A stretch of 64,000 nt of DNA, from assembly GCA_965230345.1 (NCBI GenBank), contig CBDDKR010000001.1, positions 257,079 through 321,078 on the forward strand, in the 5' to 3' direction. Position 1 is the stretch's first letter, and every line of letters begins with the position of its first letter. The notes under the pieces are model-generated. The model worked only from the letters and a program-made list of their open reading frames with translations, was not told the origin of the DNA and did not search any database. Shown piece after piece: positions 20,096 through 29,006 of the stretch. A program made the translations under genes and the position numbers. The stretch is from Saprospiraceae bacterium (GTDB lineage: Bacteria; Bacteroidota; Bacteroidia; Chitinophagales; Saprospiraceae).

Positions 20096-20310
20096 ATAGC
20101 AAATATAAGGTTAATTGTATACGAATTTTGTCTAATGTTGTGAGTTGTTCAATCTCTGTTATTTCCAATATTTGAGGTTTATTAAGTGAATAAGTGAGAT
20201 GTGTTAAATATTGTACTTTTTAGGATATATTGAGTAGCTTGAACATAGAGGTGGTGTGTGATTTCTATGAGAAGATTAATTCTTGTACTTTTGGTCCATA
20301 TTTAGGGTAT

Positions 20311-21054
20311 ATGGAGGTAAATGGATTTGATCATTTTGTGTTTTTTGTGATATGTGTCATCATGCCAATTATGTCTCTAATGTCTAAACCTCCCTCTTCA
20401 TCTACAGATATAGAAATGCCCAGACTTCCTGCTAAAAAGCACATTTATTTTTCGAATGGTCTTATGCTTTGGGTAGGAGCGTTAATGATCTTGACACTTT
20501 GGAATCTTAATGGACGTTCATGGGAATTACTTGGGTTTAAATATCCAATAATTAATGATGTTGTTCTCTTGTTGAGTGGGTTGCTTTTATTGATATATGT
20601 AGGGGATTCTATATATAATGTTTTTTACAATGCAGAAGGTGAAGAAGAAGAGGATGCTCATACGGCTATGATGAAAGAGATTCTTCCGCAGAAATGGAGA
20701 GAATACATTCCCTTTACTTTTTTGGCTTTTAGTGCTGGAATTTGTGAAGAAATTATTTTTAGAGGATTTTTAGTTAACTATTTACTTGAGCAAACTAAAA
20801 TGTATACTTGGGGGCCATTTATTGCAATATTGATTCCTGCGGTTGCATTTGCAGTTAGTCACTTGTATCAAGGGTGGTTTAATGTAGTGAAAATATTCTC
20901 TTTGTCTATTCTGTTTTGCGGAATCTTTTTATTGTCCCAATCGTTGTTGTTGGTGATGTTATTGCATGTATTTGTAGATTTGGCTTCTGGAGCTTTAGTT
21001 GTTATGGTTGCCAAATCAGATAAAAAAGGTAAGTTTAAGTCCAATGAAGATTGA
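20311..21054 (+). CDS. CPBP family intramembrane glutamic endopeptidase
   Basis: CEEIIFRGFL, AVSHLYQG and LLHVFVDL motifs. The start is probably the ATG at 20311, not the TTG at 20230 used in the ORF track. Confidence 0.75.
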   Translation: MEVNGFDHFVFFVICVIMPIMSLMSKPPSSSTDIEMPRLPAKKHIYFSNGLMLWVGALMILTLWNLNGRSWELLGFKYPIINDVVLLLSGLLLLIYVGDSIYNVFYNAEGEEEEDAHTAMMKEILPQKWREYIPFTFLAFSAGICEEIIFRGFLVNYLLEQTKMYTWGPFIAILIPAVAFAVSHLYQGWFNVVKIFSLSILFCGIFLLSQSLLLVMLLHVFVDLASGALVVMVAKSDKKGKFKSNED

Positions 21055-21451
21055 CAATTTATTGCAAAAATCAGGGTTGCGTCGGACACCAGTTCGAATG
21101 AAGGTATTGGAGTTGTTGCATAATAATTCTGCTGCTCTGACACATAGTGACTTGGAAAATTCTTTTGAAACAATTGACCGTGTTACCCTTTATAGGACCT
21201 TGAAGTCTTTTGAAGATAAAGGATTAATCCATCGAGTTGTAGATGGCACAGGAGTTGATAAATATGCTTTATGCGAACACGAATGCGATGAGCATCATCA
21301 TGAAGATGAGCACATTCATTTTAATTGTAATAAATGTGGACATACCTATTGTATCGATGAGATCAATGTTCCTGTAATAAATATGCCTAATGGTTATCAA
21401 GCCGAGACTACCAATGTTATTGTAAAAGGTGTTTGCGTTAAATGCAATTAG
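21044..21451 (+). CDS. Fur-family metalloregulator (Zur/Fur-like)
   Basis: GLRRTPVRMKVLELL...DRVTLYRTLKSFEDKGLIHRV winged helix. A His/Cys-rich segment CEHECDEHHHEDEHIHFNCNKCGHTYC follows. The ATG at 21044 overlaps the preceding CPBP gene by 11 nt. Confidence 0.8.
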   Translation: MKIDNLLQKSGLRRTPVRMKVLELLHNNSAALTHSDLENSFETIDRVTLYRTLKSFEDKGLIHRVVDGTGVDKYALCEHECDEHHHEDEHIHFNCNKCGHTYCIDEINVPVINMPNGYQAETTNVIVKGVCVKCN

Positions 21452-21455
21452 TGTC

Positions 21456-22451
21456 TTAGTAGTGGATGAAATGAAAGATTAATTCTCTATTAGAATTGAA
21501 CTCAATTGCTGGAGCTGGCAGTTTAAATATATTAAGGACACTTAATATAGATTTCAAGAAGTGATTGTTGGTTTGTACTCTGGTTAGATCAGCATCCAAG
21601 GACAGATAAAATTGATGAACTCTCTTTAGATGACTTGCGTCGTAGTTTAGATTTTCGTCGGACCATTTATTATCAAACCCACCATACATATTATCTGCAC
21701 CATAGCCTATTGTAATATTCATCCATTTTGGAATTCTGTTTTGTTCTGGCAGGAAGGAATGTATATTAAAAGATAGCCAGTATGTCTGTGCATTGTAATC
21801 TTTAAGTAGTTTTTCTCCCAGCGATGTTCCATATAATTTGCCTGCTCTATCCTTTAGCGATATAGGATTGGATCCGAATTGATCTTGGATAGTAGTATTG
21901 TTAGAGTAATTCTTTGGCCATGCCGATTCTTTAATGGTGATTCGTTGTTCATGCCATCCCAATTGTTGCAGAGCAAATGCTCCGACACCAATTGTATTGG
22001 CGGCCATGTCTGGTATAGAGAATCCCCATTGAGTGCTAAATCCATCCAGGACCTCTATCGTAGTTTGAAACAACATACCAATTCCGACACCAGTATAAAT
22101 AGATTGTCGTTCGTTTAATCCTGTCCATCTAGCACCTTTATAGGTCAACAAACTTTGAAAGTATCCTGAATAAACATGGCCTGCTTTATCCATGTGCTCC
22201 CATTCGCCCCAATCGTTAAAAAGGTGAAAGGAGGACATTGGATAATCCTTATACCAAGAATTGTAGAAGCCATATGAAAAGGCAGAATAAGTAAGTCCCA
22301 AGAATGCAGAGGCCGAGTAGAATCTCTTTTGTGAAAACCGCGGCGAGGGTTGAAAAAAAGAGATTTCTTCTATACTATCATTTGAAACAGTCTGCGATTT
22401 TAAATTAGAACAGAGCGCAAAAATTAATAATATTTTGATTGAAATTTTCAC
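21456..22451 (-). CDS. DUF2279-like secreted/lipoprotein
   Basis: Signal peptide. FHLFNDWGEWEHMDKAGHVYSGY resembles the DUF2279 signature. Confidence 0.5.
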   Translation of the reverse strand: MKISIKILLIFALCSNLKSQTVSNDSIEEISFFQPSPRFSQKRFYSASAFLGLTYSAFSYGFYNSWYKDYPMSSFHLFNDWGEWEHMDKAGHVYSGYFQSLLTYKGARWTGLNERQSIYTGVGIGMLFQTTIEVLDGFSTQWGFSIPDMAANTIGVGAFALQQLGWHEQRITIKESAWPKNYSNNTTIQDQFGSNPISLKDRAGKLYGTSLGEKLLKDYNAQTYWLSFNIHSFLPEQNRIPKWMNITIGYGADNMYGGFDNKWSDENLNYDASHLKRVHQFYLSLDADLTRVQTNNHFLKSILSVLNIFKLPAPAIEFNSNRELIFHFIHY

Positions 22452-22521
22452 CTGTCAAAGGTAGTGAATAGACTGATATCTGAAAGGAATTAATGTTAAA
22501 ATACAATATGTATAACTTTTG

Positions 22522-22540
22522 TTTCGTTTTTGTAACGAAA
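22522..22540. promoter_or_regulatory. Candidate BlaI-type operator palindrome
   Basis: tttcgtt-tttgt-aacgaaa is a perfect 7-bp inverted repeat containing a TGTA element. It lies 33 nt upstream of the blaI-like ATG. Confidence 0.3.
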
Positions 22541-22572
22541 ATTTAGTTATATTTAAACCTAAATACTTAGTT

Positions 22573-22944
22573 ATGATAAGACTGTCAGAAATTGAAGAAG
22601 AAATAATGGATAATCTCTGGTCTTTGGGTAGGGCCTTTCCTAAAGTTATTATAGCACATCTTAAAGAGCCAAAGCCACCTTACAACACCATCCTTTCAGC
22701 GATTCGAAAACTTGAAAAAAACGGTCATGTTGGTTATAAAAAATATGGTAAGTCACATGAATATTTTCCAATACTTAAAAAAGAACAATATGGTCAATCG
22801 TTGTTTAAAAAGCTCTTTCATGATGTCTTGAATGGTTCAAGTATGGGATTGCTATCCTATTTTGCCAAAGAAGAAAAAGTAGACATAGAAGAGTTGAAAA
22901 AAATCTTGGATGACATGAAAAAAGAATCCTCAAACCCCAAATAA
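22573..22944 (+). CDS. BlaI/MecI/CopY-family transcriptional repressor
   Basis: LSEIEEEIMDNLW...YNTILSAIRKLEKNGHVGYKKYGKSHEYFP is the typical penicillinase-repressor winged helix. ~123 aa counted from the ATG at 22573. Confidence 0.85.
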   Translation: MIRLSEIEEEIMDNLWSLGRAFPKVIIAHLKEPKPPYNTILSAIRKLEKNGHVGYKKYGKSHEYFPILKKEQYGQSLFKKLFHDVLNGSSMGLLSYFAKEEKVDIEELKKILDDMKKESSNPK

Positions 22945-22955
22945 ATCTTGCAGTT

Positions 22956-24440
22956 ATGAACTTGACATTTATATTAAATCAGATTTTGGTCCTTGTAATT
23001 TTCATGTTACTATATCTATTCTTTTTTAGAAAGAGCAACAAGTATGGATTAAATAGGGCTATCCTAATGTTTTTATTGATATTCGGAATAAGTATTCCTT
23101 TTCTTAGCTTTAACGTTTGGCCCTACGAAGTTGTCGTTTCAAATGTTACTCCTCAGTTAGAATTCTCAAATCCTCACCCCTTGACAAGTCAGGTAGAAGA
23201 GAATATTGCTATTCCTATTTGGACTATGATTTATATTGTTGGTTTGACGATTGGATTGGGGTTTCTCATCATTAATATGATTAGATTCCTTATCAGCATT
23301 TCGACATTGAAATTTACAACCGAAGAAGACATCAAGGTTTCCTATGGTTCCAATTGGCCTGACAGTAGCTTCTTTAATTATGTGTTTTTAAGCAATGATG
23401 ATCCTGTGAAAAAGGTGCATGAATTTGGTCATGTTACTAAGAAACATTCCATAGATCGAGTGGTAGTGGCATTGTTGACCTGTGTTTTTTGGTTTAATCC
23501 CTTGGTGTGGTTATTCAGAGGTAAAATTATAGAAAACCATGAATTTGAAGCAGATCAATATGCGATGAAAAAACTAAATATATCTAAAGTAGAATATGGA
23601 CAATATCTGGTAGAAGTTGTTCAGAAAAGCTTTTATCAGATGCCCCAGTTCAACCATTATTCACAAATAAAAAATAGAATCAATATGTTAAAATCAAGTA
23701 AGTCGATTTCAGGATTCGCCTATGCAGGCATTATGTTAATTAGTATTGGCATTTTTTCTGCGTTTACCTTTAAGAGTTACCCAGTATATGTTTCGTCCGA
23801 TGATCTTATATCTACTGATACTATTCCTAATAGCAAGGATTCTATTATCGTATATGATCCAAAAACAAATACGGAATTTGTAAGGGAGACTTCAGTTGAT
23901 GGGCGAGGGAAGGGACAATTATCAGGTAAATACAATTCTACGATTAAATCTGTGGATACCATTGCTATGTTTGATTATGACACCTATACTGAAACAGTTA
24001 GAGTAGTTGAGTCCAATGTGAATCTGGAGGAATATTTAGATCGGATTTCCTTTTCTGGAAAGAAGCAAAAATGGGTAGATACCATTGCCGTATTTAATAC
24101 AGAGACCTATACCGAATCCACAATGGTAATCCTTACTGAGGTGCCATTCGAATTCAATTCCATTATGAATCAAATATCGGATAAAGACAAGAATGTGTTG
24201 ATTTCAGATTACGGAAATACCCAGACCATTAGTGCAAGTAAAGGAGTCGGTGTGATTTATTTGTTTAAGTCAGATGATATCAGAACGATAAAGGTTCTTA
24301 ACGATAGGGGTTCTGTAGTGAAATTCGTTGACTTGCCAGCAGGATCAGATAAGGTCGTGCCAGAATCATTAGGGCTGAATGAAGGGAAATATACGCTAAA
24401 AGACTCCTATTTTAATGCAGAATGCCATTTCGAAATATAA
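22956..24440 (+). CDS. M56-family (BlaR1-like) membrane metalloprotease/sensor with unknown C-terminal domain
   Basis: N-terminal TM helices, HEFGHVTKKHSIDR (HExxH), ENHEFEADQYA and a further TM helix. The ~230-aa C-terminal domain has internal repeats and no recognisable penicillin-binding or TonB-C motifs. Confidence 0.8.
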   Translation: MNLTFILNQILVLVIFMLLYLFFFRKSNKYGLNRAILMFLLIFGISIPFLSFNVWPYEVVVSNVTPQLEFSNPHPLTSQVEENIAIPIWTMIYIVGLTIGLGFLIINMIRFLISISTLKFTTEEDIKVSYGSNWPDSSFFNYVFLSNDDPVKKVHEFGHVTKKHSIDRVVVALLTCVFWFNPLVWLFRGKIIENHEFEADQYAMKKLNISKVEYGQYLVEVVQKSFYQMPQFNHYSQIKNRINMLKSSKSISGFAYAGIMLISIGIFSAFTFKSYPVYVSSDDLISTDTIPNSKDSIIVYDPKTNTEFVRETSVDGRGKGQLSGKYNSTIKSVDTIAMFDYDTYTETVRVVESNVNLEEYLDRISFSGKKQKWVDTIAVFNTETYTESTMVILTEVPFEFNSIMNQISDKDKNVLISDYGNTQTISASKGVGVIYLFKSDDIRTIKVLNDRGSVVKFVDLPAGSDKVVPESLGLNEGKYTLKDSYFNAECHFEI

Positions 24441-25324
24441 TGTATATAAAGTCATTTTTTTATACGCTTATTACATTCTTTGGCATTTTAAAACTTGGTG
24501 CTCAAGACCCGACCTTTTCTTCTTTCGAAGGCAGTGTGTATAGAATTCCTGAATACATGAGAAATACCGGATATGGTAACTATATTCAGTCTCAGGATGT
24601 TATTAAAAAGATTAGTTGGGATGAGGTTAACGTAAGTGAACGATTTACTGATGAAGCTTTTCCTGACATTGATGATGTGGTTTCTTTTGGAATCATTTTT
24701 AATACTACAATGAGAGTTGATAGTACAGCGTGGTATATGTATAGTTTGTCATCAGATGATGGTACGAGACTTTGGATAAATGATCGACAAATTATAAACA
24801 ATGATGGAGACCATAAATTCAAAGAAAAGAAGGATTCGTTACTTTTGACAAAGGGGATACATGATGTAAAAATATGGTATTACCAAGCCTATCATATTAA
24901 ATACGGTTGTGTATTTGATGCATCTTATTATAGACCTTGCAACCTAGAGGAGATGGTGTCCGATGATCAGTCATATGAGTTGTCTTCGGATGTATTGTTT
25001 GAGTACAATAAAGAAGAGTTATCAAAGGAAGGAGTAAAAGAATTAGATGAGCTTTTGTCCAGCTATTATTGTTCGTCCAATGTGTCTATCCAGATAATTG
25101 GTTATACCGATTCTAAAGGTAGTAAGGTGTACAACCAAAAGCTTTCTCAACGAAGGTCTGATGTTGTCGCCAAGATAATACAAAAGAGCTGTCCGATATT
25201 TCAATTGACGTCTGAAGGTAGGGGAGAATCTGAACTTGTTTTAGATGAAAAAGGTCAAGAAGATGCAGCGAAGAGTAGGAGGGTATTGCTAAAGTTTAAA
25301 GAAAGGAATCGGAAGTTGGATTAG
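24440..25324 (+). CDS. PA14-domain / OmpA-domain envelope protein
   Basis: Signal peptide starting at the ATG at 24440, which overlaps the upstream stop in TAATG. SSDDGTRLWINDRQIINNDG is PA14-like. IIGYTDSKGS..YNQKLSQRRSDVV...RRVLLKF is an OmpA C-terminal domain. Confidence 0.75.
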   Translation: MYIKSFFYTLITFFGILKLGAQDPTFSSFEGSVYRIPEYMRNTGYGNYIQSQDVIKKISWDEVNVSERFTDEAFPDIDDVVSFGIIFNTTMRVDSTAWYMYSLSSDDGTRLWINDRQIINNDGDHKFKEKKDSLLLTKGIHDVKIWYYQAYHIKYGCVFDASYYRPCNLEEMVSDDQSYELSSDVLFEYNKEELSKEGVKELDELLSSYYCSSNVSIQIIGYTDSKGSKVYNQKLSQRRSDVVAKIIQKSCPIFQLTSEGRGESELVLDEKGQEDAAKSRRVLLKFKERNRKLD

Positions 25325-25397
25325 GCTTAAAATTGACAAATGTTTAGACCTCTGACACGATATGTCAATTCATAGTGTAACTTTGTAAATAAACGAA

Positions 25398-26093
25398 ATG
25401 AATCATCTTTCGAGATTGCTTTCGATTTTGACTATTTTAAAGTCCAAAAGGATTACAACGGGTACTGAACTTGCGGATAAATTTGAAGTAAGTATTCGAA
25501 CAATTTATAGAGATATTCGAAAGTTGGAAGAATCGGGTGTTCCAATAATTAGCGTAGATGGAAAAGGCTATTCCATTATGGATGGTTACCAAATTGCGCC
25601 TATTATGTTTGATGAATTGGAAGTTAATGCCTTGATTACCGCAGAGCAATTGATTGCCAATACAAATGATGAATCTTTGATTTTTCATTTTGAACAAACC
25701 TTACAAAAGGTAAAGTCAGTCTTTAAGAGTTCTCTCCAGTCGCAAGGAGAATTTCTTCAGAAGAAGATGTTTGTACTGAAGAACAAGTCAGAAGATTTGA
25801 AATCATCTTCACTTTCCTACCTGCAAATGGCGATTACTAATTTTAGGGTTACCGAGTTGACTTACACCGCTGTTAGTGGGTCTACCACAAATAGGAATAT
25901 TGAACCATTGGCGATTTTTTCTTACGATGGTAGATGGATTGTAATTGGATGGTGCCGATTACGCAAAGATTATAGGTCATTTAGGCTAGATCGAATTAAG
26001 CATTTCAAGATTCTAGAAGAGAAATTTGAAGATAGAAATTTTGACTTGAAAGACTATTTTTTGTCTTGCGACGAATTTGAAAATAACCCCTGA
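25398..26093 (+). CDS. YafY-like HTH + WYL domain transcriptional regulator
   Basis: N-terminal RITTGTELADKFEVSIRTIYRDIRKLEESGVPI. The C-terminus carries RNIEPLAIFSYDGRWIVIGWCRLRKDYRSFRLDRI (WYL domain). A TAacTTTG motif lies at 25378-25385. Confidence 0.75.
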   Translation: MNHLSRLLSILTILKSKRITTGTELADKFEVSIRTIYRDIRKLEESGVPIISVDGKGYSIMDGYQIAPIMFDELEVNALITAEQLIANTNDESLIFHFEQTLQKVKSVFKSSLQSQGEFLQKKMFVLKNKSEDLKSSSLSYLQMAITNFRVTELTYTAVSGSTTNRNIEPLAIFSYDGRWIVIGWCRLRKDYRSFRLDRIKHFKILEEKFEDRNFDLKDYFLSCDEFENNP

Positions 26094-26163
26094 CACATTC
26101 TGTCGCAAATGGAGACTATATTTGTATTGTTAACTTTAATATCAACATAAAAATCACTGAACT

Positions 26164-26532
26164 ATGACAACAAAAGAAGTTGCAAACAAATGGGCAGAGT
26201 ACTGCCGTACTGGACGATGGGATATGGCTCAAGAAGAACTGTACGATTCAAAATGTATTAGTCTTGAAATGAAGGGAGCTCAAGGCTTTCCTGAAAAAGT
26301 CGAAGGCATCGAAGCCATCAAAATGAAGGGACAACAATGGAATCAAATGGTCGAAGAATTTCATGGTGTGGAAATCGAAGGACCTATTGTGGCTGGTGAT
26401 CACTTTACCGCTTCTATGAAAATGGATATTACCATCAAAGGACAAGAAAGAAAGGTTGATGAAGAGGTCGCCGTATTTCGTGTAGTTAATGGGAAAATTG
26501 TATCCGAGCAGTTCTTTTATCCTATTGGATAA
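26164..26532 (+). CDS. SnoaL-like / NTF2-fold protein
   Basis: 122 aa with an alpha+beta cone-like pattern. The family call is based on general resemblance only. A TAtaTTTG motif lies at 26117-26124. Confidence 0.55.
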   Translation: MTTKEVANKWAEYCRTGRWDMAQEELYDSKCISLEMKGAQGFPEKVEGIEAIKMKGQQWNQMVEEFHGVEIEGPIVAGDHFTASMKMDITIKGQERKVDEEVAVFRVVNGKIVSEQFFYPIG

Positions 26533-26560
26533 ATAGAGTTTCTTGTTATTTGACTTTAAG

Positions 26561-26606
26561 AAGGTGCAGATAATCCATTGTAGATTATTTGCACCTTGTT
26601 TTTTTG
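26561..26606 (+). terminator. Intrinsic terminator
   Basis: aaggtgcagataat (26561-26574) pairs with attatttgcacctt (26584-26597): 14 bp with one G-U. gttttttt follows. Confidence 0.75.
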
Positions 26607-26701
26607 TTCATGAGTAAGTTGTTTTTGTCGGTAAAGGCTTTATTTTTGATGATAAATACTTTAGATGTTAAAAGCTTCTGCGTTGGGAAAAATCATACTC
26701 T

Positions 26702-27691
26702 ATGTATAAAAGTTTAATAGCGGCAATATTAATGCTCTTGGGTGCAATGACCTATGGTCAAGGCGTTCCAGCTACATTTTTCACCCTTTCACCACAATAT
26801 TATAACCCAGGTTTTATAGGCTCAATAAAAGATGAAATAAGGATCGCGGGATTGCATAGGGTAGAGTACAATGGTGAGTCTAATTATTCATTTACTATAT
26901 ATGATTTGGCCGTGGATGCGCCCGTTTTTCAGGGATTTCGAAGTCAAGATTGGATAGGTCTCGGAGCTAGTTACACCATAGATAGAAGGGGGGTGTTTTC
27001 TTTTGATGACAGAATTAAGACAGTAGGAGTATCTTATCATTTAGGTATAGAACCAAAATCATCTTTTGCCTTTGGTATGCAATTCAAGTCAACTCATCGG
27101 TCATTGGATGTTGAATCATTGAATAGTGGTGCAATTATTGGTTCAGTAGTTTTTTTAGAAAGCAATACCTTCTCTGAGAAAGACTTATTAAGAGTATTAT
27201 CAAATGATGGCAATTTTGATCGTAATTTCATTGATATCGTAATTGGGGTAACGTATCAATCTCAAATAAGAAATGGACATTACATTGTCGGATTGGGAAT
27301 GGGACAATTCATGAAAAAAGTCTTGAATTCATCTTCTTACAATAATCATTTGAAATCAACGGCTTCATTTCAGATGGTCAAAAATTTCACTGATAAATTA
27401 GCCATAGAACCAGCTGTATTTATCCAAGCGGAAACATCATCTAAAAAACTGCATACTGCTGGTCAATGTATGGCATCTTATCAAGTTCGCCCCAAGCGAG
27501 AATTTCGATTAAAAGGTGGCTTAGGTTTTAGATCCAATCCTTTTATGTTTCAAGTATTGGGAGGTGCATCATGTTCAGGTTTCTACGCGAATCTGGCTTA
27601 TAATTTTTTAGCCACACATGAATCAGTTAACCCAATAAGTAGTTATGCTTTTGAGATGGTTCTAGGATGCAATGTTCGAATAGGTGAATAG
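26702..27691 (+). CDS. PorP/SprF-family T9SS membrane protein (paralog 1)
   Basis: Signal peptide, then FFTLSPQYYNPGFIGS (diverged form of the QFSQY..NPAY.G motif). It is colinear with the next gene (DAPVFQGFRSQDWIGLGASY, VGVSYHLG). A TAttTTTG motif lies at 26641-26648. Confidence 0.75.
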   Translation: MYKSLIAAILMLLGAMTYGQGVPATFFTLSPQYYNPGFIGSIKDEIRIAGLHRVEYNGESNYSFTIYDLAVDAPVFQGFRSQDWIGLGASYTIDRRGVFSFDDRIKTVGVSYHLGIEPKSSFAFGMQFKSTHRSLDVESLNSGAIIGSVVFLESNTFSEKDLLRVLSNDGNFDRNFIDIVIGVTYQSQIRNGHYIVGLGMGQFMKKVLNSSSYNNHLKSTASFQMVKNFTDKLAIEPAVFIQAETSSKKLHTAGQCMASYQVRPKREFRLKGGLGFRSNPFMFQVLGGASCSGFYANLAYNFLATHESVNPISSYAFEMVLGCNVRIGE

Positions 27692-27905
27692 GTCAAAACG
27701 TACTTGGGTATCCGTATTAATCGGTATACTTGTCGCCTCTGATGCTATTTTTTATCTTCTATACAACACATATGTATAAATTGAATCTAAATCTATAAAA
27801 GATCATAATATTTTATAAATTTGTTGTCATATATAATATGTATTTTTCTTACACTATGATCCATATGAATGAGATTGTAGGTAGGTCACAATTAAAAACA
27901 ACTAG

Positions 27906-28970
27906 ATGTTGATTCGGAATCTTTTTATAGTTTGCTTTTTATTTTTGACAACACTTCTGATTGGTCAGGATGTCCATTTTACGCAGTTTACCTATGCTCC
28001 TCAATCGTATAATCCGTCTTTGATAGGAGCGTATTCTGGGACCTATAGAGTCTCTGGGTTATACAGGTCACAGTATTACAATGGAAATGAAGTTAAGGGG
28101 TATAAAACCTTGGAGGTGAATGTAGATGCGCCAATAATTAGAGGGTTTCGAGATCAAGATTGGATTGGAGTCGGAGGTAGTTATGATCAGGATACCCGTG
28201 GAATGTTTTCATTTAAGGATAAAATCAGCAGGCTTGGTGTTTCTTACCACTTAGGATTAGACAAAAAATCAAGATCATATGTTTCATTTGGACTTCAGTA
28301 CATTACTACAGGAAGGTCTTTGGATGTTGATGAATTGAATACTTCTGGTTTAACTGCAGCTCAAATTACTAATGAAGGACTTTCTCCGACTGGAAGTACA
28401 TTTAATGATTTGGATTTAATAAATGTAATAGGTCAAGGCGCCCAAAACGAATTGGATTTGAATTTTTCTGATTTTGTCCTTGGGATTTCGTATTCAGCAA
28501 AGAGTAAAAAAGGAAATTACAAATTTGGAATTGCTGGTAGTCAATTCTTAAAAAATGACATCAGTTTTAATTCTAATGTCGACGATCCGTTAAAGTTGGT
28601 TGGATTTTTTCAAATGTTCAGAATCATTAATAAACAGTTGGCGGTGGAACCAGCACTTATGTTTCAAGCTATTACCAAGTCAAAGGGTTTTGAAATATCT
28701 GGACATAATATGTTTTCATATAAGTTGAAGCCTGAGAGTGATTTGAGAATTAAAGCAGGTGCAGGGTTCAGAACAGGTACGTTTTCTGCTCAGGCTCTTG
28801 CTGGAGCAAGTTATAAAGGATTCTTTGGTGGTTTGGCTTACGACATTCCATTTACAGGATACCAAGGAGCCACTCAGTGGCAAAGTGCAATTGAATTTGC
28901 CATCGGTTATATTGGTATCATAGCTAAGAAGCCAAAGGCACAGCCAATCATACTTTGTCCAAGACTGTAA
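27906..28970 (+). CDS. PorP/SprF-family T9SS membrane protein (paralog 2)
   Basis: QDVHFTQFTYAPQSYNPSLIGA N-terminal signature and a C-terminal ..ILCPRL ending typical of the family. A TAaaTTTG motif lies at 27816-27823. Confidence 0.85.
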   Translation: MLIRNLFIVCFLFLTTLLIGQDVHFTQFTYAPQSYNPSLIGAYSGTYRVSGLYRSQYYNGNEVKGYKTLEVNVDAPIIRGFRDQDWIGVGGSYDQDTRGMFSFKDKISRLGVSYHLGLDKKSRSYVSFGLQYITTGRSLDVDELNTSGLTAAQITNEGLSPTGSTFNDLDLINVIGQGAQNELDLNFSDFVLGISYSAKSKKGNYKFGIAGSQFLKNDISFNSNVDDPLKLVGFFQMFRIINKQLAVEPALMFQAITKSKGFEISGHNMFSYKLKPESDLRIKAGAGFRTGTFSAQALAGASYKGFFGGLAYDIPFTGYQGATQWQSAIEFAIGYIGIIAKKPKAQPIILCPRL

Positions 28971-29006
28971 TCCTATTTTAATTTTTTAGAAAGATAATTG
29001 ATCACC

